Virus record (IMG/VR): IMGVR_UViG_3300025610_000137
Span: 1 to 24,717 of that record
Strand: one strand, 5' to 3'
From: a virus
Lineage: Duplodnaviria > Caudoviricetes
DNA length: 24,717 nucleotides
Shown: piece after piece, positions 8,662-16,047 of the stretch
Position numbering within the stretch: the first letter of the stretch is position 1
How the letters are laid out: every line of letters begins with the position of its first letter
Notes under the pieces: model-generated
What the model was told of the DNA's origin: nothing
Database searches by the model: none
The model's input: only the letters and a program-made list of their open reading frames with translations
Made by a program: the position numbers and the translations under genes

Positions 8662-9011
8662 TACGCTTGCCGCTCTACTGCTTGAAAAGTTACAAAGGCC
8701 CTATCTGGTCCCTCTATGGCTGGACCGTCTACGCTCAGGCTTCTGCCTCTGTACTCTATTCTAAATACATCGCTCGGGAAGTCTGGGCCGTCAATATCTC
8801 CGGACCAATCCAAGCGGGAACGCATGGTAATTTCATACCTGGCCACGTTCAGTACCCGCGCATCGTCTGCATTTTTAGAACTGCCTAACCGCTTCACGTT
8901 TGCCCAGTCCGTAAAACTTACAGATTCTTTAGACCGAAAGCCGCCCATACTATCCGCCTGAGTTGTGTAGGCGTAGCACGTTACTTGCTCATTTAGTAGC
9001 CCCGGATTCAT
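8661..9011 (-). CDS. Head closure / head-tail joining protein (SPP1 gp16-like)
   Basis: MNPGLLNEQVT...DSMGG...WANV...YEITMR...RIEYRGR pattern; synteny. Confidence 0.85.
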   Translation of the reverse strand: MNPGLLNEQVTCYAYTTQADSMGGFRSKESVSFTDWANVKRLGSSKNADDARVLNVARYEITMRSRLDWSGDIDGPDFPSDVFRIEYRGRSLSVDGPAIEGPDRAFVTFQAVERQA

Positions 9012-9580
9012 AGGAAGAGCTTAGTACGTTCCTTAGCCAGCAAACTGTTTAGATCCGCCTTCAAGTTGGCTACTATAGTACCCGTTACGCTTATGCCTCG
9101 GTTCTGGTACAGCTCGGCGCATATCTTAATAATAGCCTCTTTTACGTTCTCAGTAACGTAGGACAGTTGGGCCACATAAGTAACCGTATAAGTCGAATAA
9201 GCCGTAGGCGATGGAATACGAAGCCGTCCCCCGGTTAGTAGGTAGTAGTCCTCGTCTGCTGTTAGGGTAGTGTTTAGCCCTTCCAGGTCCTGACCTACTA
9301 CGGAAGTAATAGAGCTTACCGGACCCATAGGCAGCACGTATCTAAGTTCTCCGGCGTCCATGTCTCGGTCATCGTCAAAGTCCCAAAGGATCGCCTGCAT
9401 TCGGTTTTCATTCAAGCTCTGGCCTATGTAGGTTTCTACGTATCGCGTAGAGGCTTCTAACTGCCTATCTATTAGGTCATCTTCGCCGGTGATGTTTACG
9501 GCGCGGGCATAGGTCCGAAAGTCTGCACGGCTGATAATGTTAGCCGGAGTAACCGCCGTTACTGTATGGTCTATTCTCAT
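9008..9580 (-). CDS. Head-tail connector (HK97 gp6/SPP1 gp15-like)
   Basis: EDDLIDRQLEASTRYVETYIGQSL, LPMGPVSSITSV, VKEAIIKICAELYQNR. Confidence 0.85.
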   Translation of the reverse strand: MRIDHTVTAVTPANIISRADFRTYARAVNITGEDDLIDRQLEASTRYVETYIGQSLNENRMQAILWDFDDDRDMDAGELRYVLPMGPVSSITSVVGQDLEGLNTTLTADEDYYLLTGGRLRIPSPTAYSTYTVTYVAQLSYVTENVKEAIIKICAELYQNRGISVTGTIVANLKADLNSLLAKERTKLFL

Positions 9581-9584
9581 GCTT

Positions 9585-9592
9585 CAAAGTTA
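9585..9592 (-). promoter_or_regulatory. -7 box TAACTTTG, 4 nt before the ATG at 9580
   Basis: TAnnTTTG consensus immediately downstream of a terminator. Confidence 0.6.
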
Positions 9593-9598
9593 CGGCAT

Positions 9599-9624
9599 AA
9601 GAAAGCCCCGCATTACACGGGGCT
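9599..9624 (-). terminator. Intrinsic terminator closing sRNA-B
   Basis: AGCCCCG-TGTAATG-CGGGGCT hairpin followed by TTCTT. Confidence 0.7.
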
Positions 9625-9668
9625 ACCACCAAACACCTAAACAGACATGAAAACATGAAAGTAAGCTA
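9599..9668 (-). ncRNA. Putative antisense sRNA-B
   Basis: Isolated by an upstream terminator, its own TATCTTTG box and a downstream terminator. Contains two anti-start-codon TCATG motifs and TTTAGGTGTTTG. Confidence 0.6.
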
Positions 9669-9671
9669 ACG

Positions 9672-9679
9672 CAAAGATA
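9672..9679 (-). promoter_or_regulatory. -7 box TATCTTTG for sRNA-B
   Basis: Perfect TAnnTTTG between two terminators. Confidence 0.65.
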
Positions 9680-9686
9680 GGGCAAT

Positions 9687-9708
9687 AAAAAAGCCCCCGG
9701 AGGGGCTT
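9687..9708 (-). terminator. Intrinsic terminator of the 64-aa moron
   Basis: AAGCCCC-TCCG-GGGGCTT followed by TTTT, 6 nt after the stop codon. Confidence 0.8.
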
Positions 9709-9714
9709 GGCTGT

Positions 9715-9909
9715 TTACTTCTTTATGTAGAGATATTTAAAGGATCTGCCGTTTACTTCTTTGGTCCAAGCGCTGTACCCCTTTTCTGCAAGTTCTCTAT
9801 TTATTATTGAATGCAGGTCTAAGTGCATTTCGGTTTGGCCAGCGTACTCTACCTCTTTAACGTAGTCAGCTCTTTTCTTAAGGCTTTCAATTTTAGTAGC
9901 GTTTGTCAT
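9715..9909 (-). CDS. Hypothetical 64-aa protein; moron with its own promoter and terminator
   Basis: ATG preceded by an A/C-rich leader; flanked by terminators; inserted between capsid and connector genes. Confidence 0.7.
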   Translation of the reverse strand: MTNATKIESLKKRADYVKEVEYAGQTEMHLDLHSIINRELAEKGYSAWTKEVNGRSFKYLYIKK

Positions 9910-9937
9910 GTCGGTGTTTTTAGGTTGTTTGATGTAT

Positions 9938-10003
9938 CAAAGGTGCAAAGCCTCTACATACCCTACAAGCATTTTAACATTTGCGCCCAGACTTTAACAT
10001 TTG
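9938..10003 (-). promoter_or_regulatory. Moron promoter (CTTG-N20-CACCTTTG) with upstream direct repeat CAAATGTTAAA x2
   Basis: Near-consensus -33/-7 spacing; plus-strand TTTAACATTTG at 9973-9983 and 9993-10003. Confidence 0.55.
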
Positions 10004-10008
10004 AGCAT

Positions 10009-10033
10009 AAAAAAAGGGGACCGAAGCCCCCTT
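10009..10033 (-). terminator. Intrinsic terminator after the major capsid gene
   Basis: AAGGGGGC-TTCG-GTCCCCTT with a cUUCGg tetraloop and T-run. Confidence 0.9.
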
Positions 10034-10053
10034 AGTAATTACTCAAGCTACTA

Positions 10054-11313
10054 CTATGTAGGAGTAATGATGTACTTAACGTTCGCGTAAGTGTCGGTAA
10101 ATACCGCGTTATCGTGCTTACGAACGTGAGCCAGGCGCTCCTCTACGCGGACAGTAACCAAATTCTTCTGAGCGTTGTCAGAATCCTGAGGGAAGAACTG
10201 TACGGAAGGTGCAGAACGCTGGAACAGCTGAGAAGCTGCGGCCTTGTCGAACACGAAGAACGAGCCTTCAGCTACTGCGCTGCTGTGATACACAGGCATA
10301 CCGAAAAGGGTATAAGTGTTCTGTACAGCGTCAAAGTAGTAAGGCGCTACGTACTGGCCGTTAGATCCCTTAGAACCGATCATAGCGAAGAAGTCGGTAG
10401 GGTTCACCATAACGCAATCGGCCATGAAGTCCTGAGAAGCCAAGTAGCCGGAAGCAGCTTGGATGCAGTCCCAGTTGTTAGGCTCGGCCCAGTTGGCTGT
10501 AGTGCTGAGGTCGGTATGGTCAGCAGCAGCGGCCGCGAGTCCGTAGAGGTCAGTACCCGCTCCGGTTCCAGTAAGCAGCTGGCTGTCCTCCTGGTTCATG
10601 AGCAAACGAGTAAGCTCGTACGAAAGGTAGGAAGTCATGCCGCTGATATCGTCCAGCATCTGAGTAGAGATACGAGCGAAAGCAGCAATTACCTGAGCGT
10701 TGAAAGTCTGCTCGGCCATGTCCTTGTCTACCTGGTTCTTTGCAAGACCCTCGGTCTGGTTGCCGGCTGTGCCTTCGCCGCCAGTTACCTTAGCATACCG
10801 TACGCTGTCTCCGATCATTGTTCCCTGGGGAATGAAATTACGGACACGGTTAGGGCGGTCTACGTCTGGAAGGATGGGCAAACGAGTTTGCTCGGCTACG
10901 TCTCCAGTAGTAGAAGCTGCAAAGGTCATAGTACCTACAGCCTTAGTGAGCATACCGGGAATACGAATACCCTTATGAATTGAAGGATCGTTCTTGTAAG
11001 CCTCGTACTCTGGGTTCTCTACGATACTCTTGGCCATAGCCTCGGAAGTAGTCAGCTCGGCCGCCTTTGTTGTAGCCATACCGTTTTTGGTAAGCTCCTT
11101 TAGACGAGCGTCCAGCTTGTCGCTGTGCTTCTGTACTTCTTCGCTGTTGCCTTGTACCTCTTTGACCAGGTCGGTCAGCTTGTCGATTTGGCTGCTGTAG
11201 TCAGCTTGGCCCTTTGTGATTGCATCAATGCGGCCGTTGAGCTCTTCTCTGGTCTTTTCTACAGAGCTGGAAACGTCCGAAGCAATCTTGTTCAATTGTT
11301 CTTCTGCGTTCAT
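10054..11313 (-). CDS. Major capsid protein, HK97 fold with N-terminal delta/scaffold domain
   Basis: Coiled-coil N-terminal ~120 aa, then IAAFARISTQMLDD, EDSQLLTGTG, TLFGMPVY, KNLVTVRVEERL. Confidence 0.95.
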   Translation of the reverse strand: MNAEEQLNKIASDVSSSVEKTREELNGRIDAITKGQADYSSQIDKLTDLVKEVQGNSEEVQKHSDKLDARLKELTKNGMATTKAAELTTSEAMAKSIVENPEYEAYKNDPSIHKGIRIPGMLTKAVGTMTFAASTTGDVAEQTRLPILPDVDRPNRVRNFIPQGTMIGDSVRYAKVTGGEGTAGNQTEGLAKNQVDKDMAEQTFNAQVIAAFARISTQMLDDISGMTSYLSYELTRLLMNQEDSQLLTGTGAGTDLYGLAAAAADHTDLSTTANWAEPNNWDCIQAASGYLASQDFMADCVMVNPTDFFAMIGSKGSNGQYVAPYYFDAVQNTYTLFGMPVYHSSAVAEGSFFVFDKAAASQLFQRSAPSVQFFPQDSDNAQKNLVTVRVEERLAHVRKHDNAVFTDTYANVKYIITPT

Positions 11314-11331
11314 TTTCTTAAAAATGCAGGG

Positions 11332-12369
11332 TTAGACTTTATTTGAATTGATGCGGTTCCAAATGTCCAGCAAATTCGGCTCGGTCTCTTCGGAGTGCGT
11401 GTGCGGCTCCTCTGTTACGAGTGAACTAAGCGCCTTCTGTATTTGAGTGCATTCTATCTCTAATTGAGTAAAAGCCTCGTCCGTCAAGGTAGAACCTGAC
11501 CGGAGTAGCTTTTGCATTTTGCCCAGGCGTTCTACAAGGTTACTAACCTCGTCCCCGGACTTTACCGATACTGTAGGGGTTTCTGCATTGGCCCCTATGA
11601 CCACGCTTGAACCTTCCCACAATTTAGCTTCTGTAATGGTGCGGACACGCTCATACTTGGGCTTCTCTTCATCGTCCATCTCGTAAGCCATCTTTACAAT
11701 AGAAAAGCCTACGGAATGCTCGTTAATAATACCAGCCTCATAGTAGGCCATAACGTCCCGGCCCTTTGCACTATCGACCAGCTTACTAACGAAGTATAGG
11801 CCGTAATCGTCTTCCGCAAGCTCCATGAGCTTTCCAATAGGCTCATAGCTTGAATGGCTCCAAAGGTGAGCAATACGCCCTTTACCGTTGGGTCCGTTCT
11901 CGGCTATAGACTTAGAGTAAGCGCCGCGGGCCATTACATCGTTATGGCTGTCCACGTTTCCGAACTTAGAGAAGTAGCCAGATACTACGCCCTTTTTTCC
12001 GTCCACGTCTTTTACAATCATGGAAGGATCATTAAAGCCCTTATGCAATAGCGTACCGCTCATACTCTTTTCTTCTTCGTCTATTATACTCTTACTCCAA
12101 CGCTTCCCGGCCAAGCCGCCCCACAATAAATACGAAATAGTCCCGCAGGCTTTCGTATCATTCTCGTCATAGTAGGTCTCCGCCCTGCTTAGATAACTGT
12201 ACATCCGTTTAACGACATCGTACGTTATCGCCTCTTTATTCGCCAATTGCTGTGCGCGAATTTTCCCGATTTGGGTCGAGCACCTATTATTAACTGCTTC
12301 GTTAAGTTCTATCCCCCTCTTCGCGTTATTACTTACCGCCTCCGGATAGTTCTTATAGGTCTTAGCCAT
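11332..12369 (-). CDS. HK97-family prohead protease with an extra ~100-aa N-terminal domain
   Basis: VSGYFSKFGNVDSHND, HLWSH...PIGK, EHSVGFS, LWEGSSVVIGAN. Confidence 0.9.
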   Translation of the reverse strand: MAKTYKNYPEAVSNNAKRGIELNEAVNNRCSTQIGKIRAQQLANKEAITYDVVKRMYSYLSRAETYYDENDTKACGTISYLLWGGLAGKRWSKSIIDEEEKSMSGTLLHKGFNDPSMIVKDVDGKKGVVSGYFSKFGNVDSHNDVMARGAYSKSIAENGPNGKGRIAHLWSHSSYEPIGKLMELAEDDYGLYFVSKLVDSAKGRDVMAYYEAGIINEHSVGFSIVKMAYEMDDEEKPKYERVRTITEAKLWEGSSVVIGANAETPTVSVKSGDEVSNLVERLGKMQKLLRSGSTLTDEAFTQLEIECTQIQKALSSLVTEEPHTHSEETEPNLLDIWNRINSNKV

Positions 12370-12376
12370 TCCGATA

Positions 12377-12384
12377 CAAAATTA
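12377..12384 (-). promoter_or_regulatory. -7 box TAATTTTG for protease/capsid
   Basis: TAnnTTTG in a short intergenic gap, 7 nt before the ATG. Confidence 0.6.
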
Positions 12385-12398
12385 CATAGAGCGAAAAA

Positions 12399-13250
12399 CT
12401 ACATTTCGCTAAACATCGGCTGCCCATCGTCCCGGACAAAGGCAACAGTACAGCGACAATTACAGCGGTTTTTAGCCCCTCCGTTCGGGTCCCCTGGGCG
12501 CATCATCTTAATGCCTTGCACGTTAAAAGGTTTATCGCGGTCCACGGTCTGGCCATTCATTACTACATGATCGGCGGCATCCGGCGGTATAGTTCGCGTA
12601 CGGCTATCTATCCGGGCTATCCAGACCTTTTTTAATTGCAGCCCTAACTCGTCCGCTATGCTCTGGCCGCCCGTGTCCGCTCCGTAGTTAGAAGCAGTTA
12701 AAACCTCAGTCCGTGCTATTAGTTCGCTTCGCCACTTGGATACATTGCGCCACTCAATAGGAACGCGCTTATTTAGCTGTTCCATAGTTTCAAAGATGCT
12801 CAGACCCTCGTCTAAACTTTCGGCTATGATCCGTTGAATTATCCGCTTTGCCGCTACTTGGCTGCTGCCTATAATCGAAGTTATATAAGTGGCCGCCTCG
12901 GTATCTACATACTCTAACATCTGAGCGGTCCAGATATACTGAAAGTCCTCTAAGGTCATTTCCTTAGAGCTGTCCGCCTCTCGTTTAATCTGATTGTAGG
13001 AACCGGTCGCGAAGTCTACGCCTACTTCCTGATATAAATCAACGAACGCCGCTTTTAGATCGTCCCTGCGGACCAGGGTAGTAACAGCGCTTAGAACGGC
13101 CTGCGGGTCAGTAGCTAACTTCAAGTACTCTAATAAGTTTCCTATCTGATCGTTTAGCGCCTTGTTAAAGACCTTGTTATACTTGCGGATATAGCGCCCC
13201 CGCTTGCGGTCGTTACGGGTCCAGTACTTAGCCCCTTCGCGTTTAGTCAT
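12399..13250 (-). CDS. Minor head protein (Mu gpF/SPP1 gp7-like)
   Basis: RSELIARTE, KKVWIARIDSRTR, H...NGQ, PGDP...NCRC. Confidence 0.9.
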   Translation of the reverse strand: MTKREGAKYWTRNDRKRGRYIRKYNKVFNKALNDQIGNLLEYLKLATDPQAVLSAVTTLVRRDDLKAAFVDLYQEVGVDFATGSYNQIKREADSSKEMTLEDFQYIWTAQMLEYVDTEAATYITSIIGSSQVAAKRIIQRIIAESLDEGLSIFETMEQLNKRVPIEWRNVSKWRSELIARTEVLTASNYGADTGGQSIADELGLQLKKVWIARIDSRTRTIPPDAADHVVMNGQTVDRDKPFNVQGIKMMRPGDPNGGAKNRCNCRCTVAFVRDDGQPMFSEM

Positions 13251-14595
13251 TCGGCAAGCTATCGCCGTTTATCTGCTCGGCTATTTGTGGGGCATCTAAC
13301 CCACTTAAGGAAATAGGAACACGGCCAGCCGGCATATATATCTCATCCATCATCGGGTCCGCTTCTCTTTCGTAACCCATTTTTTCGCGGGCCTCGTTTG
13401 GAGTAAGCCAGTAAGAGACGTTAAGCCAGTTGGCCAGTTCCTGCATATCCGGCTGTAGCTCGTTTATATTAGACTGGTCTACTTTAAAATAGACGTCCCG
13501 CCCTTTGAGGTCTGGGTACTTCGGTAAGAGCTTCCGAGATAGTTTGCCGTAGATGCGGTCAGCCATAGGCAGCACGGCGTCTGTATACATCTGCTTCCGC
13601 GCTTCCTTTAGGTTGCTGTACGTCTTGCCTATCTCGCTATTAAATAGCTGGCTCGGTACGTGGTACACGTTGCAGACATCTACTAACGTCATCTTAAGCG
13701 TGTCCATAATAGCCAGGTCCACGGCTGACAGACCGAAGTTTATGTAACCCAAGTTACCCGAAGTTACGGCTATGGTCCCGCTGTTCTTTGTGCCGCTCAT
13801 CTTTCTGAACTTGGCTTCTAAATTGCGCTGCTGTACCTCGGTTAAAGTGTCCGCGCTCAGGTCCCCTATACCCTTATCATACAGTACCCCCGGAGGTCCT
13901 AAGTTTTCCAAGCCCTTTTTATTGGCCTCGTAACCGCTGTTCCCGGTCTCAATAGAACGCCAAGCTGAACGGATCGGACTCATGCCGTACCGCTCTTGCC
14001 CATCGCCGTAAATGTATTGGGCGTTCTTGAAATGTATGATTTCGTCAGTAGTAAACTCGGCGCCCTCTACATTCCCCCAGAGGCTCATAGTATAACCGGC
14101 TACGGGTGTGCCCATATCGCCGCCTACTACGTCCATGAACTGAGAAGGCAGAACGTACATATTTATAGGCCGCCCCGCGTTAGGTCCATCGGCCGGAGAA
14201 GTGCAATAGTCGTAAGCGTTACCAGTAATTAAAAGATAACCGGCCAGCTGCTCTATAAAATCGAACTTGCTTTGCTCTTCGTTGGGTTCGTATATCAGGT
14301 CTAAAGCCGGGTGATCTAATTCTACTTGCTCCCCTTGTACGTTCTCGATTAGTTTAACATCCAGCGCGGCGGTCTTTTGGGCTATTGCACTTACTACGGC
14401 GAATACATCGGGGTTTCTTGCGTACCCTTGTTCTACGTAGTTCTGTACGTTATCATCGTTCCAAATTGGCCCCCTGCCCAGGTAGGAAAGTGCGGCAAAA
14501 TACTTGTTAGTGATTCTTTCGGCCTCTTCAATTTGTTGAAGGGTTCGCGCTGGTGCGAATCCAATAGCCTTCTGTAGCCGTTGTAAAAAGGTCAT
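13243..14595 (-). CDS. Portal protein, HK97 family
   Basis: NPDVFAVVSAIA, LLITGNAY, EIIHFK, YGMSP, YHVPSQL, TYSN, LTPNEAREKMGY. Confidence 0.95.
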   Translation of the reverse strand: MTFLQRLQKAIGFAPARTLQQIEEAERITNKYFAALSYLGRGPIWNDDNVQNYVEQGYARNPDVFAVVSAIAQKTAALDVKLIENVQGEQVELDHPALDLIYEPNEEQSKFDFIEQLAGYLLITGNAYDYCTSPADGPNAGRPINMYVLPSQFMDVVGGDMGTPVAGYTMSLWGNVEGAEFTTDEIIHFKNAQYIYGDGQERYGMSPIRSAWRSIETGNSGYEANKKGLENLGPPGVLYDKGIGDLSADTLTEVQQRNLEAKFRKMSGTKNSGTIAVTSGNLGYINFGLSAVDLAIMDTLKMTLVDVCNVYHVPSQLFNSEIGKTYSNLKEARKQMYTDAVLPMADRIYGKLSRKLLPKYPDLKGRDVYFKVDQSNINELQPDMQELANWLNVSYWLTPNEAREKMGYEREADPMMDEIYMPAGRVPISLSGLDAPQIAEQINGDSLPND

Positions 14596-15749
14596 ATATA
14601 TACTTCCCTGGGTTTAACGCTGTTCGCGTATAGTATCGCATCCATCGAATGGTCGAAGGCATCTATCGGCCGCTCTGGACTACGGGGCTTACCGTCTTTG
14701 TCCATTTCCCAAGCGTACCAAGTAACCTCTTCCCAGATGTTTCTACTATTCGCAGTTACAAAGATACTTAACCTCTTAAGGTCTAAAATCGCATGGCGCT
14801 TGTAGTCTTTAGACTTCTTTACGCCGATTGCTTTAAAGCCGTAGCGCTTAAGCTCGGTAATACTTCGCGGCTCGGCGCTATCGCATATAAGGGTGTCCCC
14901 CCCGTCTATTCCCGCCTTTCTCATCCGGTCGGCTAAGAGGTCCAAGGTTAGGCCCTTCTCGTATACTATCTCTTCCACGTATCGGCGGTCGTTCTTACGG
15001 CCCAGCTTTACTACACAAGTCGGGTCATTGGTGAACCCAAAGTCAACGCCGTAGGTAATGGAACTGCACTCTGCCCAGTCTATTTCTTGGACCTTCTGCC
15101 AGGTAGTGTATATCTGTCCCTTTCTTCCTGCTGACCTTTTGCCCTCGCCGTATACCTTCCAGTAGTCGGGGTCTACGTCCTTAAAGCGTTCTATTTCGGC
15201 CCTGACCACATCGGACAAGTGCGGATTATCCTTGTAGGTAGTTATTAGGGTTTCGCAGTCTTTCCGCGTTTGTACCTCGTCATAAATCCAGTGCATCGGA
15301 TCGGACGGGTTAAAGTCGATAACCGCGCAGGCCGTGGTCCTAAATAGCATTTGGTTCCAGCCTTCCAGGGTTATCTCGTTGCACTCGTTAATAAACAGCA
15401 AGTCCCTTTTACGCCCTCGGACCTTTTGCGGCTGGTCTAATGAAATAAACTCTATTAAGTTGCCTTCCAGTAGGTAGGTACTCTCGGTCTTGTTGTGGTT
15501 CTCTACCCGGTAGGCGTCAAAGCTGTTTAGTATGTCTATGAAGTCCCGAAGCACGGACCCACGTATAGCTGGATAGGTTGCCCTGGCTATGGTTATGACC
15601 ATTCCCGCGTTAGGGTACTTGTAGCAAAGCTCTATAAGAAACTGTATAGCGCTAAAAGTCTTACCCGATCGCGTACCCCCTTGTAAGACCAGTATACGCT
15701 TGGTTAGGTAGTTGTCGCGTAAAAACTTGAGGTTAGGATTTACCTTCAT
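14592..15749 (-). CDS. terL: Terminase large subunit, PBSX-like
   Basis: Walker A QGGTRSGKT, Walker B LFINE, DFNP, TTYKDNPHL, nuclease GVDFGFTNDP, DSAEP, DHSMDA. Confidence 0.95.
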   Translation of the reverse strand: MKVNPNLKFLRDNYLTKRILVLQGGTRSGKTFSAIQFLIELCYKYPNAGMVITIARATYPAIRGSVLRDFIDILNSFDAYRVENHNKTESTYLLEGNLIEFISLDQPQKVRGRKRDLLFINECNEITLEGWNQMLFRTTACAVIDFNPSDPMHWIYDEVQTRKDCETLITTYKDNPHLSDVVRAEIERFKDVDPDYWKVYGEGKRSAGRKGQIYTTWQKVQEIDWAECSSITYGVDFGFTNDPTCVVKLGRKNDRRYVEEIVYEKGLTLDLLADRMRKAGIDGGDTLICDSAEPRSITELKRYGFKAIGVKKSKDYKRHAILDLKRLSIFVTANSRNIWEEVTWYAWEMDKDGKPRSPERPIDAFDHSMDAILYANSVKPREVYI

Positions 15750-16011
15750 TATCCAGCATCCACGGCGGTACTATCTTTTCTACGCTGTCTATGTTCGCCT
15801 CTATCTTCTGAGTAGGTAGCCCCAGCCTATACTTAGCCCATAGCTCTATAGCCCACTTCTCGCCCTTCTTTACCGCCTTACCTAATTGGTCCAGCGCCTC
15901 GTCATCAAACAAGCCCACGCGCTCTAATAGCTTCTGAGCATCCGGCTTCTTACGGCCGTCTATGCCCTTGGCTTTGGTGCTATGGCCTCCATTGTTTGCC
16001 CTCTTATCCAA
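15733..16011 (-). CDS. Probable terminase small subunit (TTG start)
   Basis: Directly upstream of terL; basic N-terminus RANNGG...GRK; WAIELWAKYRLGLP helix. Confidence 0.65.
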   Translation of the reverse strand: MDKRANNGGHSTKAKGIDGRKKPDAQKLLERVGLFDDEALDQLGKAVKKGEKWAIELWAKYRLGLPTQKIEANIDSVEKIVPPWMLDNEGKS

Positions 16012-16039
16012 CTTTAATAGAAATTAACTTTTAATCCTA

Positions 16040-16047
16040 CAAAGTTA
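16040..16047 (-). promoter_or_regulatory. -7 box TAACTTTG for packaging genes
   Basis: TAnnTTTG overlapping the upstream stop codon. Confidence 0.5.

Noticed and set aside
9647-9669. Plus-strand minigenes ATGAAAACATGA and ATGAAAGTAAGCTAA (and an ATG at 6885)
   Set aside because: No plus-strand promoter box seen; promoter and terminator polarity point to minus-strand transcription. Not fully excluded.
9626-9932. Imperfect inverted repeats around the moron read as transposon ends or invertase sites
   Set aside because: Matches are gapped and centred on the start codon; no transposase, invertase or target-site duplication is visible.
10114-10983. 289-aa plus-strand ORF antisense to the capsid gene
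   Set aside because: No recognisable motifs or promoter; best explained as a shadow ORF from codon bias in a highly expressed gene.
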